From Patescibacteria group bacterium (GTDB lineage Bacteria; Patescibacteriota; Minisyncoccia; Phycocordibacterales; JACOZG01): a stretch of DNA of 64,000 nt. The stretch is from positions 24,912 through 88,911 of the forward strand of contig JAYEGE010000006.1 of the NCBI GenBank assembly GCA_034658935.1, in the 5' to 3' direction. This document shows, piece by piece, positions 49,592-58,730 of the stretch. A program made the position numbers and the translations under genes. A model generated the notes under the pieces. It did no database searches and had not been told where the DNA came from. It was given only the letters and a program-made list of their open reading frames with translations. The number at the start of each line of letters is the position of its first letter. Position 1 is the stretch's first letter.

Positions 49592-49669
49592 TTTGGACAC
49601 TCAATGTCCAAATATCCTCAAACCACGGCTTGAAATAAGGTTTTAAAATTTGGACATTGAGTGTCCAAA
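49592..49669. repeat. Inverted doublet of REP-like palindromes
   Basis: TTTGGACAC-TCA-ATGTCCAAA (49592-49612) and its exact reverse complement (49649-49669); extra half-site at 49582-49589. Confidence 0.9.
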
Positions 49670-49675
49670 TTATTT

Positions 49676-49949
49676 GGTAGATGGAGTGTGGGGTACGGAT
49701 GGATAAAAAGAAGCCCCATCCGTAAGATGCGAATGAGGCCCGGTCTAGTCTGAGAGATTTAGCTGGGCTTGTTGCTCCATGAGGAGGGCAGGTCCTTCGT
49801 TGCTGTTGCTCAGCGACGGGGTTACCTTCGGTTTCCTGATTACCGAGTCTACTTAGCCGGCTCTGACCAGCTAAGTGGAGTGGTAAAATGTCGTTTCAAC
49901 CTCTTCCTCACGACAATCTCTCTGACAAGACCTGGATCCAATGTCTACC
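49676..49949 (+). ncRNA. Candidate ~275-nt multi-stem ncRNA of unknown family
   Basis: At least eight complementary segments, with G-U wobbles favouring the + strand; no credible ORF. Confidence 0.6.
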
Positions 49950-49984
49950 CTACCTAGGATAGGAATTAATGTTAATCCCTTTGT

Positions 49985-50055
49985 TCGGGCTGCCGGGAAT
50001 CGAACCCGGTCTACACCCACCCCATGGGCGCGTACTACCGGTATACTACAGTCCG
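49985..50055 (-). tRNA. tRNA-Pro(GGG)
   Basis: CGGACTGTAGTATACCGGTAGTACGCGCCC-ATGGGGT-GGGTGTAGACCGGGTTCGATTCCCGGCAGCCCGA. Confidence 0.92.
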
Positions 50056-50164
50056 TTACCTCTACATCTATCTTATCTGCAAGTCGCCGATGAGGCGGCT
50101 ACAGCCCGAAAATGTAGAAAATGCTTATGTATTATGCTAAGATGACGCACTAGAAGCAAGTAAT

Positions 50165-50235
50165 CGGGCCGTAGTGTAACGGTAGCACGAGACGTTTGGG
50201 ACGTTTTAGTCCGAGTTCAAATCTCGGCGGCCCGA
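50165..50235 (+). tRNA. tRNA-Pro(TGG)
   Basis: CGGGCCG..AGACG-TTTGGGA-CGTTT..GAGTTCAAATCTC..CGGCCCGA. Confidence 0.93.
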
Positions 50236-50269
50236 CAGTGAAATAGGCGAAACGGAGCATAGCGGCAAC

Positions 50270-51397
50270 ATGTCTGACCAATTCTATGCAGCAAGAGACA
50301 AAATTATGGGCGGTCTATACCGACAGGTTTTGAAGCGCTTTTTTTTTCTCCAAGATCCGGAGCGGGTTCACGACGGGATGATCTCGATGGGGGAGCGGCT
50401 AGGGAAATATGCCGCCGCCTGTGCCCTGGTGGGGGAGGCTTTTGGTTATGAAAATAAAATTTTGGAGCAAACGCTTTTGGGAATTGATTTTGCCAGCCCA
50501 ATTGGATTGGCGGCCGGCTTTGATAAGGATGCTCGTTTAACGCAGATCTTACCGGCAGTTGGCTTTGGATTTGGAGAAGTTGGTTCGATTACCGGCGAAG
50601 TTTGCGGGGGCAATCCTAAGCCGCGCTTACAACGTCTGCCTAAATCCCGATCTCTTCTTATTTATTATGGTTTAAAAAACGATGGTTGTGAGACCATCTC
50701 TGCTCGTTTGGAAAAACAAAATTTTAAAATTCCCATCGGGATTAGTGTGGCCAAAACCAATTGCGCTGCGACTGTGCCAACTGAAGCGGGCATCGCTGAC
50801 TATCTTAAGGCCTTCAAAATTTTTGTTGATAGGGGGGTGGGGGATTATTTCACTATCAATATTAGTTGCCCCAATGCTTTTGGTGGGCAGCCTTTCACTG
50901 ATGCTGACAGTCTGGAAAAACTTCTGACGGCCATTAATCAGGTGCCTACCACCAAGCCGATCTTCATTAAGCTCTCACCTGATCTGTCGCGAGAGGAAAT
51001 AGATCGGATCTTAGGAACTACCGGCCGCCATCGCATTGATGGTTTCATTTGCACTAATCTCACTAAGAATCGTGATAGTACGAAGATTAAGGAAACTAAA
51101 ATTCTCGAAAAAGGCGGCTTGTCTGGCCATGTTGTCCAGGGCTTGTCAGACGACTTGATTAAATACATTTATCGAAAAGTTGGAGACCGATACGTAATTA
51201 TCGGTTGCGGCGGAATCTTCTCAGCGGAGGACGCTTATCGTAAGATTCGTCTTGGCGCTTCTTTAATTCAAATGATCACTGGTATGATTTACCAAGGGCC
51301 GCAAGTTATTGGTGAGATCAATCGCGGTCTGGTAAAATTGCTCCGCCGCGACGGCTTTAAAAATATCTCTGAAGCCGTCGGCGTCGACAATCGCTAG
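50270..51397 (+). CDS. pyrD: Quinone-dependent dihydroorotate dehydrogenase (class 2)
   Basis: DPERVH, GLAAGFDK, GNPKPRL, NISCPN, KLSPD, GGLSG, GASLIQ motifs. Confidence 0.93.
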   Translation: MSDQFYAARDKIMGGLYRQVLKRFFFLQDPERVHDGMISMGERLGKYAAACALVGEAFGYENKILEQTLLGIDFASPIGLAAGFDKDARLTQILPAVGFGFGEVGSITGEVCGGNPKPRLQRLPKSRSLLIYYGLKNDGCETISARLEKQNFKIPIGISVAKTNCAATVPTEAGIADYLKAFKIFVDRGVGDYFTINISCPNAFGGQPFTDADSLEKLLTAINQVPTTKPIFIKLSPDLSREEIDRILGTTGRHRIDGFICTNLTKNRDSTKIKETKILEKGGLSGHVVQGLSDDLIKYIYRKVGDRYVIIGCGGIFSAEDAYRKIRLGASLIQMITGMIYQGPQVIGEINRGLVKLLRRDGFKNISEAVGVDNR

Positions 51398-51489
51398 CCC
51401 TTGCTCTTTACGGCTTCACGTGTTATCTTGAAATTGGTAAATTGGTAAAGGAGTTTGTTCTTTTCTTTGTGTAAAAAGGGAGTAGAGTC

Positions 51490-51939
51490 ATGAGAATAAT
51501 AGCCGGTTTGATCCCGCGACGTCTTCGATTATATGTTCTCGCCGAACGGCCGCGTACCGAGAGTCAATATCTTGCGCTTGCCGCGGCAATTAAGGCGGGT
51601 GTGGGGAAATTGTCGAAACATAATGACCTATTGGTGCAAATGGAAGTCTATAGTTGCCCGGCGGCGTTGGCCGCCCATGACCCGATCGCCGCTGTCTTAG
51701 ATTTTGTCGCGGGGCCGAAGGTCATGGATCAAGAAGCTCTGGTGCTCGTAGACGGAGTCCATCTGGTGAATCGCCATGTAATAGCGTCAGTTGCCGAACA
51801 GGTTAGCATCCCACTACTTTGGGCCCAGCGCTTTGTGTCCGCCACTGGCAAAAGTGGAAGACTGATGAAGATTATTACTCAGAATAAAGATGACAAGCCG
51901 ATCTGGCCGCTTTCTGTCGTTTCTCCTGCCCCCGCTTGA
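51490..51939 (+). CDS. Orphan hypothetical protein
   Basis: SD AAAGGGAG, promoter-like TTGCTC-N17-TATCTT upstream, hairpin GCCCCCG/CGGGGGC at the stop. Confidence 0.6.
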   Translation: MRIIAGLIPRRLRLYVLAERPRTESQYLALAAAIKAGVGKLSKHNDLLVQMEVYSCPAALAAHDPIAAVLDFVAGPKVMDQEALVLVDGVHLVNRHVIASVAEQVSIPLLWAQRFVSATGKSGRLMKIITQNKDDKPIWPLSVVSPAPA

Positions 51940-51951
51940 CGGGGGCTCTTT

Positions 51952-53148
51952 TTACTTCGAATAAATCCGTTTCATCAAAGGATTAAGTCTGGTCACAATT
52001 TCGTAATTAGTAGTCCCGGTAAGTGCCGCCAATTCGTCAGCGTTAACTTCTTTCTCGCCGTCTTTACCAATTAAAATAACTTCTTCGCCAACTTTGTCTT
52101 TGGCCTTGGGCCCAAGATTGATAATTAAGATGTCCATTGAAACACGACCTAGTATCCGACAACGCCTACCGCTTACCAAGACGTGACCAATGCTAGAGAG
52201 CGCTCGTGGGTAGCCATGCCAATACCCTATAGGGCAGATACCGGCAACAGTTTCTTGTTCTAGAGTTTCAGTGAAGTCGTAACCAATTCGATCGCCACGC
52301 TTCAGCTTCTTCGTTTCACCGACGACTGTCTTCCAAGTCAGGACGGGTTGTAATTTAATATGATCTCCCAGGGCAGCGGCTACTTCAGCTGAGGGCCAAA
52401 GGCCATAGAGAGAGATCCCTATTCGCACTAGATCGAAATGGGTTTCGGGGAAGAGTAAGGTGCCAGAGCTAGCGGCGGCGTGTCGGATGGGGGAGTAGCC
52501 CGCCTTCTCGATCAACCCCACCGCCTGGCGGAACAGATCAGATTGTTGGCGAGTGTCTCGGGGGAAGGCGGGGTTCTTGGCCGCCGCGAAATGAGTATAA
52601 ATACCAACGAGATTTTCTGTGGGGACACTTTTTTGTTTTAGGAAACGGATGATCGCTGGGAGCTCCGCCAATCGCAGACCTTGCCTACACATACCGGTGT
52701 CTATCTTGAGATGAAACCGGAGTCCTCTATTGGAAACATGTTCCATGGCGCGAACCAATGCTTCCAATCCCTCCTTGGTTGAGATACTTAAATCGAGATT
52801 ATGTCCGCTCGCTTTAGCTAATCTCTCCGGCAAGGTGTGGCCGAGAATAAGGATGGGGGCCTTGGCGCCATGCTCGCGGAGAGCGGTCCCTTCAACAATA
52901 GAATCAACTGCCAACCAATCGGCGCCGAGCCGCTCCATCTCGCGTGCGAATTGGAAGATGTCGTGGCCATAAGCATTAGATTTAACCACTGCCATTAGCT
53001 TGGTCTTCTTCCCAATCAATTGGCGGAAGATTTGATAATTGTTCTTGAGGGCCGAGCGGCTGATCTCTACCCAGGTTCTTAATCCCGCATTAGCAGAACT
53101 TAGGCTCTTGGGCGCTTTAACCTTAGGTTTATTGCTTTTGGGTTTCAC
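51952..53148 (-). CDS. alr: Alanine racemase
   Basis: AVVKSNAYGH, HLKIDTGM.RQG, THF, VRIGISLYG, GRVSMD, GTTNYE motifs. Confidence 0.96.
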   Translation of the reverse strand: MKPKSNKPKVKAPKSLSSANAGLRTWVEISRSALKNNYQIFRQLIGKKTKLMAVVKSNAYGHDIFQFAREMERLGADWLAVDSIVEGTALREHGAKAPILILGHTLPERLAKASGHNLDLSISTKEGLEALVRAMEHVSNRGLRFHLKIDTGMCRQGLRLAELPAIIRFLKQKSVPTENLVGIYTHFAAAKNPAFPRDTRQQSDLFRQAVGLIEKAGYSPIRHAAASSGTLLFPETHFDLVRIGISLYGLWPSAEVAAALGDHIKLQPVLTWKTVVGETKKLKRGDRIGYDFTETLEQETVAGICPIGYWHGYPRALSSIGHVLVSGRRCRILGRVSMDILIINLGPKAKDKVGEEVILIGKDGEKEVNADELAALTGTTNYEIVTRLNPLMKRIYSK

Positions 53149-53266
53149 AATCTCATCCTAACGGAAGTCTGCCGCCCCCGCAAACCGTTGGAAGAGGCGG
53201 CTTGTCCGGGGCGCCCCTTTCGACTACAATGCGGCCATAGATTATTGTTAGTAATTACACTCTTAT

Positions 53267-54121
53267 ATGAATGAATCTTTAGCGAAAGTGTGGGCCAGCA
53301 TCCTGCCCTGGCTCACTGATCATGGAGTCAAGATCGTGCTTATTATCTTGATGGCGTTCATCGTCCAGAAATTCGGCGGTCTCTTTATCGAGAAATTGAT
53401 CAGGAGGATCATCGTGGCCGATCCTTTGCGTCCACCTAATTCAGAGAGGAAGCGCGAGGACACTCTTATTCAAATATTCGTTGGTACCTTGAAGATCGTC
53501 TTGTGGTTGGTGGTCCTGATGCTTGTGTTAGAAGAAGTGGGGATTGCCATTGGTCCGATTATCGCTGCTGCTGGGATTGTGGGCTTAGCCTTCGGCTTCG
53601 GTGGTCAATACTTGATCCGCGATCTCATTAGTGGGCTCTTTGTAATCATGGAGAATCAATACCGGATCGGCGATGTGGTAAGCATCGCTGGTATTAGTGG
53701 TTCGGTAGAAGACATTAGTTTACGGATGACGACTCTGCGTGATCTTGATGGGGCGGTTCATCACATACCACACGGAGAGATTACTACGGTTTCTAACTTG
53801 TCCAAATATTTTGCTCGGGTCAATCTAGATATTGGTATTTCTTACGACGCTAATTTAGAAAAGGTTATTGCGGTAGTTGATAAGGTGGGGGAGGACATGG
53901 CCGCTGATGCAGAATGGAAGGAGCATATTACTAAACCGCCGAAATTCTTGCGAGTGAATGATTTTGCCGATTCCTCTGTGATGATTAAAATCCTCGGTGA
54001 GACTAAGCCGCTCAAGCAATGGGAAATTACTGGCGAGCTCCGCAAGCGCCTCAAGATTGCCTTCGACCGCGAAGGCATCGAGATCCCTTTCCCTCAACGC
54101 GTCATCCATCAAGCTAAATAA
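53267..54121 (+). CDS. mscS: Small-conductance mechanosensitive channel
   Basis: AGIVGLAFGFGGQYLIRDLISG, GDVV, GIEIPFPQ motifs. Confidence 0.93.
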   Translation: MNESLAKVWASILPWLTDHGVKIVLIILMAFIVQKFGGLFIEKLIRRIIVADPLRPPNSERKREDTLIQIFVGTLKIVLWLVVLMLVLEEVGIAIGPIIAAAGIVGLAFGFGGQYLIRDLISGLFVIMENQYRIGDVVSIAGISGSVEDISLRMTTLRDLDGAVHHIPHGEITTVSNLSKYFARVNLDIGISYDANLEKVIAVVDKVGEDMAADAEWKEHITKPPKFLRVNDFADSSVMIKILGETKPLKQWEITGELRKRLKIAFDREGIEIPFPQRVIHQAK

Positions 54122-54130
54122 GATAAAAAA

Positions 54131-54307
54131 ACTTAGACACAGCATGTCGAACTCCCAGACACGACGTGCCCAAGTTTTTGTTTCCTGCTGAAAATTTCCC
54201 TGGCTCTCGCGCCGTCGCGCTCCGAGACGGTCTTTCTAGCAACATCGGCTTCCGTGGATTCGAACACTTCGTGTCTTGCTTGCCCGTCACGGAGTGCCCA
54301 AATCCAC
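54131..54307. repeat. Two compound REP-like elements (one degenerate)
   Basis: CTTAGACAC-AGC-ATGTC-GAACTCCCA-GACAC-GAC-GTGCCCAAG (54132-54174); GTGGATTCGAACAC-TTC-GTGTC..GTCAC-GGA-GTGCCCAAATCCAC (54254-54307). Confidence 0.75.
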
Positions 54308-54402
54308 ATTGGAGTGAAACTAGACATTTTTGTCGCCATGGCACAAATATGCTAGCCTTGGCTTAGTTTTAGACATTATTAATCGTAATTTCTGTATTAA
54401 TT

Positions 54403-55524
54403 ATGAATGCAACAATAAAGTGGATAATTGGCATAATCATTGTTATCGCGATCATCTGGATCGGTTTCTCGCTAGGAGATAAGCAGCCAGCTGAAACGGG
54501 GCCAATCAAGATCGGCCTCTCTGCCCCCCTCACTGGTGAAGGGACCAGCTTCGGCGACGGGATGAGAGCTGGGGCCCAACTCGCCGTCAGCGAGATAAAT
54601 GAAGCTGGTGGTGTTGATGGGAGGATGGTGGAAGTTATCTATGAAGATGATACATGTACTGCTAGGGGTGGATCCACTGTCTTTAACAAATTGGTGAATG
54701 TGGACCGAGTTGATGCTATTGCTGGGCCACTTTGCTCAGCAGTTGGGGCGGCTGGTTTACCAATAGCTCAGGAAGCCGGAGTCCCAACAATTGAGTTTGG
54801 ATCGGCTCCAGCTCTCCCAGCGATAGGGGATTATATTTTCCGAACTTACCCCTCCGATTCTTTCCAGGGGAAATTTACCGCTGAGTATTTAACCGATGAG
54901 CTCAGTAAGAAAAAAGCTGCTGTGTTGTATGTAAAGAATGATTGGGGGCAGGGTCTTAGTGATGTCTTCGAAGCATCCTTTACTGAATTGGGTGGCGAAG
55001 TGGTTTATAACGAGGGTGTAGCCCCAGAGACTAAAGATCTCAAAAGCTTCATCGCTAAGATCAAATTGGCCGAACCCGATGTTATCTATTTACCTGCTTA
55101 CCCAAATATTGCCATCATTGGGTTGAGGCAAATGGCAGAAGCGGGGATAGATGTTCCTATCTGGTCTGGCGATGCCTTCGACACAGATGAGATCGTCAAG
55201 TCTGGTGTGGCTGATGGTGCGGTATATGTTAGGGCTCTGACGGCTAGCCCAGATGACTTCAAACAACGTATCAAAGATGAGACAGGAATAGATTCTAATC
55301 TGCCTACCCCTTTGACCTACGATGCTATTCACATCCTTGCCAAGGTTTTTGGGGAGGTTGGAACAGACAAGGAGGCAGTTAGAGATGCTCTAGCCAGTTT
55401 GTCTTACAGAGACGCTGTTTCCCTACCCCTTATTGAGTTCGACGAATTGGGAGACCTCACTACGGCTGAGTTCGAAATCATGACTATCCAGAATGGTGAG
55501 GCAGTGCCGTACGTCCAGGAATAA
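54403..55524 (+). CDS. Membrane-anchored ABC-type substrate-binding protein (LivJ/LivK-like)
   Basis: IKIGLSAPLTG, EINEAGGVDG, IYEDD, GPLCS, YIFRTYPSD, YDA motifs. Confidence 0.9.
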   Translation: MNATIKWIIGIIIVIAIIWIGFSLGDKQPAETGPIKIGLSAPLTGEGTSFGDGMRAGAQLAVSEINEAGGVDGRMVEVIYEDDTCTARGGSTVFNKLVNVDRVDAIAGPLCSAVGAAGLPIAQEAGVPTIEFGSAPALPAIGDYIFRTYPSDSFQGKFTAEYLTDELSKKKAAVLYVKNDWGQGLSDVFEASFTELGGEVVYNEGVAPETKDLKSFIAKIKLAEPDVIYLPAYPNIAIIGLRQMAEAGIDVPIWSGDAFDTDEIVKSGVADGAVYVRALTASPDDFKQRIKDETGIDSNLPTPLTYDAIHILAKVFGEVGTDKEAVRDALASLSYRDAVSLPLIEFDELGDLTTAEFEIMTIQNGEAVPYVQE

Positions 55525-55548
55525 AAATTCAGACGACGTAAATTGAGA

Positions 55549-55589
55549 AATCAAAAACCAGTCAGGCATCGCCTGGCTGGTTTTTGATT
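55549..55589. terminator. Intrinsic terminator
   Basis: AATCAAAAACCAGTCAGGC-atc-GCCTGGCTGGTTTTTGATT. Confidence 0.8.
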
Positions 55590-55689
55590 GCGACAGAAAT
55601 AGTCTTAAAGAATCTACGGTCGTAGGTTTTGTAAGACTGGGGGACAATTAAAGGTTACCCTTGGTACGGGTTTAGGCCCTGATTTTAGT

Positions 55690-55710
55690 TTTGGACACTG
55701 CGTGTCCAAA
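55690..55710. repeat. REP-like palindrome
   Basis: TTTGGACAC-TGC-GTGTCCAAA. Confidence 0.92.
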
Positions 55711-55792
55711 TTCAATCGTTTTCTCACCGGCAAGAATCTTAGGTATCAACCGCCACGACTTATTTATTATCGCTAGATGGTCCATCATATAT

Positions 55793-56203
55793 CTATTTAG
55801 TTATATCAGCTCCGCCATTAAAGTATCCCTCGGTAACTTCTAGGGAATCATCGACGGGGATGACGGTTCCATTCTGCATTGCTATTTCGATCTCGACGTT
55901 ACCTTCTGTGGGCCTGACTCCTTCAGCTATCGATAGGGTGATGTGGGGGTGCTCATTGGTGGACTTCTCATTCTCTACCAATAATACATCCACTTTATCT
56001 GTTGTAACGCGGCCGGTGATTGCGATGGTTTGCTTCTCACCCACCTCGATATCGGCCAGCCCGTTCTGCGGTCTGAACTCGATTGTTGAATGATGATAAA
56101 AATGCCTTGGGTGGACGGGCGGATATTTCGCCTTCAGCGCCCCAACATCATCGACAAATCTCGCTGTATATATCACCCGTTCATTTCTTTGTGATGGTTC
56201 CAT
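55793..56203 (-). CDS. Putative 2H-phosphoesterase (cyclic phosphodiesterase-like)
   Basis: Two HxT motifs: HHSTIEF and HPHITLS. Confidence 0.6.
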   Translation of the reverse strand: MEPSQRNERVIYTARFVDDVGALKAKYPPVHPRHFYHHSTIEFRPQNGLADIEVGEKQTIAITGRVTTDKVDVLLVENEKSTNEHPHITLSIAEGVRPTEGNVEIEIAMQNGTVIPVDDSLEVTEGYFNGGADITK

Positions 56204-56224
56204 GGTTTTGTAGGTTAACTATTT

Positions 56225-56417
56225 TGGTGCGGGATGGGAGAATCGGTCACGAGTTACTAAGCTTTTTACTCCAGGTATTCGTAAAAATCTAAGTACTCTC
56301 GACTCCGACTCGCGACCCCGCAAGCTTGCGGGGTATCCGCTCCGTCTTTCGATTCTCCCTCCGCGCGGATGGAAACCAAGAAAGGCTAGCCTTTCAGGCC
56401 AACCTTTCTTGGTTTTA
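56225..56417. mobile_element. Miniature element at the tRNA-Gly 3' end, with duplicated tRNA 3' terminus
   Basis: 56228-56245 is identical to 56418-56435 and is followed by CCA on the minus strand; internal palindromes. Confidence 0.65.
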
Positions 56418-56488
56418 TGCGGGATGGGAGAATCGAACTCCCAACCACAGTTTGGAAAACTGTTATTTTACCATTAAACTAATCCCGC
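56418..56488 (-). tRNA. tRNA-Gly(TCC)
   Basis: GCGGGATTAGTTTAATGGTAAAATAACAGT-TTTCCAA-ACTGTGGTTGGGAGTTCGATTCTCCCATCCCGCA. Confidence 0.94.
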
Positions 56489-56596
56489 CTGCGCTAAAGC
56501 TTCGGCGGGCAAGGCCCGCTTTGGCTATATTCCTATGCTACCACAAAATTAAAACCCCGCGAGTGGGGCTTTAATCTTTTAGTTTAACCAAAGTCG

Positions 56597-56869
56597 TTAT
56601 TTAACAGCGTCTTTTAGGGCCTTGGCTGGTCGGAACTTAGGCACACGCATGGCTTGGACCTGGATAGGCTCTCCAGTGCGTGGATTACGAGCTGTACGCG
56701 CAGCTCGCTTGCGGGTGGAAAAAATACCCAAGCCAGCGATCGAAACTTCGCCGTCACCTTTCAAGGTTTGGATGATAGAGCTGACAACAGTATCGACTGC
56801 CTGCTCTGCCATTACCTTAGTGCCGCCAATAGTCTCGTGTACTGCGTCAATAAGTGCTTGTTTATTCAT
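56597..56869 (-). CDS. hup: DNA-binding protein HU
   Basis: MNKQALI, GLGIF, RAARTARNPRTGE, PKFRPAKALKDAV. Confidence 0.96.
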   Translation of the reverse strand: MNKQALIDAVHETIGGTKVMAEQAVDTVVSSIIQTLKGDGEVSIAGLGIFSTRKRAARTARNPRTGEPIQVQAMRVPKFRPAKALKDAVK

Positions 56870-56987
56870 GTATATATTTTATGGCTACTAAACTCGACCA
56901 TATCCTCTAACTGCGACCCATTATACTCCTGGCCCTATTTTTAGGCAATATCTGGAGGATTAGACATATATTTGACGTTTCTTGCCA

Positions 56988-58517
56988 TTATCTGGCGTAG
57001 TCAATCACTCGTGACTCACGAATTACTGTCACTTTGATCTCGCCGGGGTAACGTAGCTCTCGTTCTACCCGGATGGCTATCTCTCGGGCCAGTTTTTTAG
57101 CTCTCAAGTCGCTAATTTCGTTTGGTCGGACAAAGACTCTAATCTCTCGTCCAGCTTGGATGGCGTAGGCCTTCTCTATTCCAGAGAAAGAGGCGGCCAA
57201 GTCTTCAAGCTCCTTCAATCGTTTGAGGTAATTCTCGACACTGTCGCGCCGAGCGCCTGGTCGGCTACCCGAAATAGCGTCAGCCACTTGGACGATGATG
57301 GACTCTAATGTCTCGTAAGGATATTCCTCATGATGCGATTGCATTGCTTTAACTATCGCTTCGCTGGCGCCAAATTTCTCTAAGATGCGTCGGCCTATCT
57401 CCACATGAGTACCAGGCACTTCGTGGTCAACCGCCTTACCAATATCATGTAGCAGGGCGCCAGCGCGGGCTACGGCTGGATCTGCGCCTAATTCTCCAGC
57501 TAACATGCCAGCGATATGTGACATCTCTATTGAGTGCTGGAGGACATTCTGGCCATAGGAAGTCCGGAAATGGAGTCGTCCGAGAATGAGGACAATACGT
57601 GGGTCTAGATTGAAAACTCCTGCCTCATAAGTGGCTTGCTCGCCCTTCTGTTTGATGATCTGGGAGACATTTTCCTTAGCTTGCTCTGTCATCTCTTCAA
57701 TCTTAGCCGGTTGGATGCGTCCGTCAGCTATTAGGTTCTCTAAGGCGACTTTGGCGATTTGCCGTCTGACGGGGTCAAAGGAGGAGAGAACAATAGTCCC
57801 TGGGGTGTCATCGATGATGACTTCCACCCCGGTGGATTTCTCGAAGGCGCGGATATTGCGCCCCTCCTTACCTATAATCTTACCCTTCACCTCATCAGAG
57901 GGGATTTCGATCACTGTCGACATTATCTCAGGCACAGTGGCGTTGGCGAGTCGCTGAACAACCGAAGTCAAAATAGACTTGGCCTTATTCTCTAACTTTT
58001 CATTATGCTCGCTCTCTACCTTACGTATCCGAACGAGGAAATCCTCTTCGCCTTCCTTCTCGATCACGGCAATAATCTGCTCTCGAGCCTCCTCGGCAGT
58101 TAATTGAGCCACCTTCTCAAGCTCATTCTTCCTAGCTTTCTCTAGTTCGCTAACTCGTTTAGTGGCTTGGTCTAGGTTCTCGTTCCTACTCTTTAAAGAT
58201 TCTGCTTCTCGCTCGATATCTCCTTGGCGCTTGTCTAAGAGCTCGTCTTTCTTTATTAGGCGTTCTTCGCGTTTCCGAGACTCTTCTTCCTTGCCACGTC
58301 CAGTCTCCTTAACTTCTTTCAATAATTGTTCGGCCTGTTCGTCGGCCCGGTCAACAATCTGTTGGGCCTGATCCTTGGCCTCCAGGAGCATCTGCTTAAC
58401 TTTTAATTCCATCGAGCCTTTCTGCCCGAGGGTGATGATCCAACGGAGGAAATAACCAAAGACAATGCCTGCCAGAGTGCCGGTGCCGGCGATCAGTAGC
58501 CAGGTCATCGTATTCAT
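56988..58517 (-). CDS. rny: Ribonuclease Y
   Basis: N-terminal TM, coiled coil, KGKIIGKEGRNIR (KH), LLHDIGK (HD), AIQAGREIRV. Confidence 0.96.
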   Translation of the reverse strand: MNTMTWLLIAGTGTLAGIVFGYFLRWIITLGQKGSMELKVKQMLLEAKDQAQQIVDRADEQAEQLLKEVKETGRGKEEESRKREERLIKKDELLDKRQGDIEREAESLKSRNENLDQATKRVSELEKARKNELEKVAQLTAEEAREQIIAVIEKEGEEDFLVRIRKVESEHNEKLENKAKSILTSVVQRLANATVPEIMSTVIEIPSDEVKGKIIGKEGRNIRAFEKSTGVEVIIDDTPGTIVLSSFDPVRRQIAKVALENLIADGRIQPAKIEEMTEQAKENVSQIIKQKGEQATYEAGVFNLDPRIVLILGRLHFRTSYGQNVLQHSIEMSHIAGMLAGELGADPAVARAGALLHDIGKAVDHEVPGTHVEIGRRILEKFGASEAIVKAMQSHHEEYPYETLESIIVQVADAISGSRPGARRDSVENYLKRLKELEDLAASFSGIEKAYAIQAGREIRVFVRPNEISDLRAKKLAREIAIRVERELRYPGEIKVTVIRESRVIDYAR

Positions 58518-58730
58518 GATGTAACGACGACGGCAATAGAGCTTAAGTTGTCAATCAAATCAAATCGATCAGAATCGCAATGAGATTGGGGGGAAAGGCG
58601 ATGATAATAACAAAGATTTAATAGTAGTTGACAACATATTGAAAACTAGAGCAGTCGTAAAATCTAAAAGACTAAAATTAATAAGGTTGCAGGCTTAGTA
58701 TAACAGATTTATCGCCCCTTGCCAACTTCC

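Noticed and set aside
49676-49949. RNase P RNA or tmRNA
   Set aside because: No GAGGAAAGTCC-type P4 signature and no tRNA-like GGGG..TCCACCA termini on either strand
54114-54366. Three short ORFs between mscS and the binding-protein gene
   Set aside because: They are translations of compound palindromes and lack expression signals
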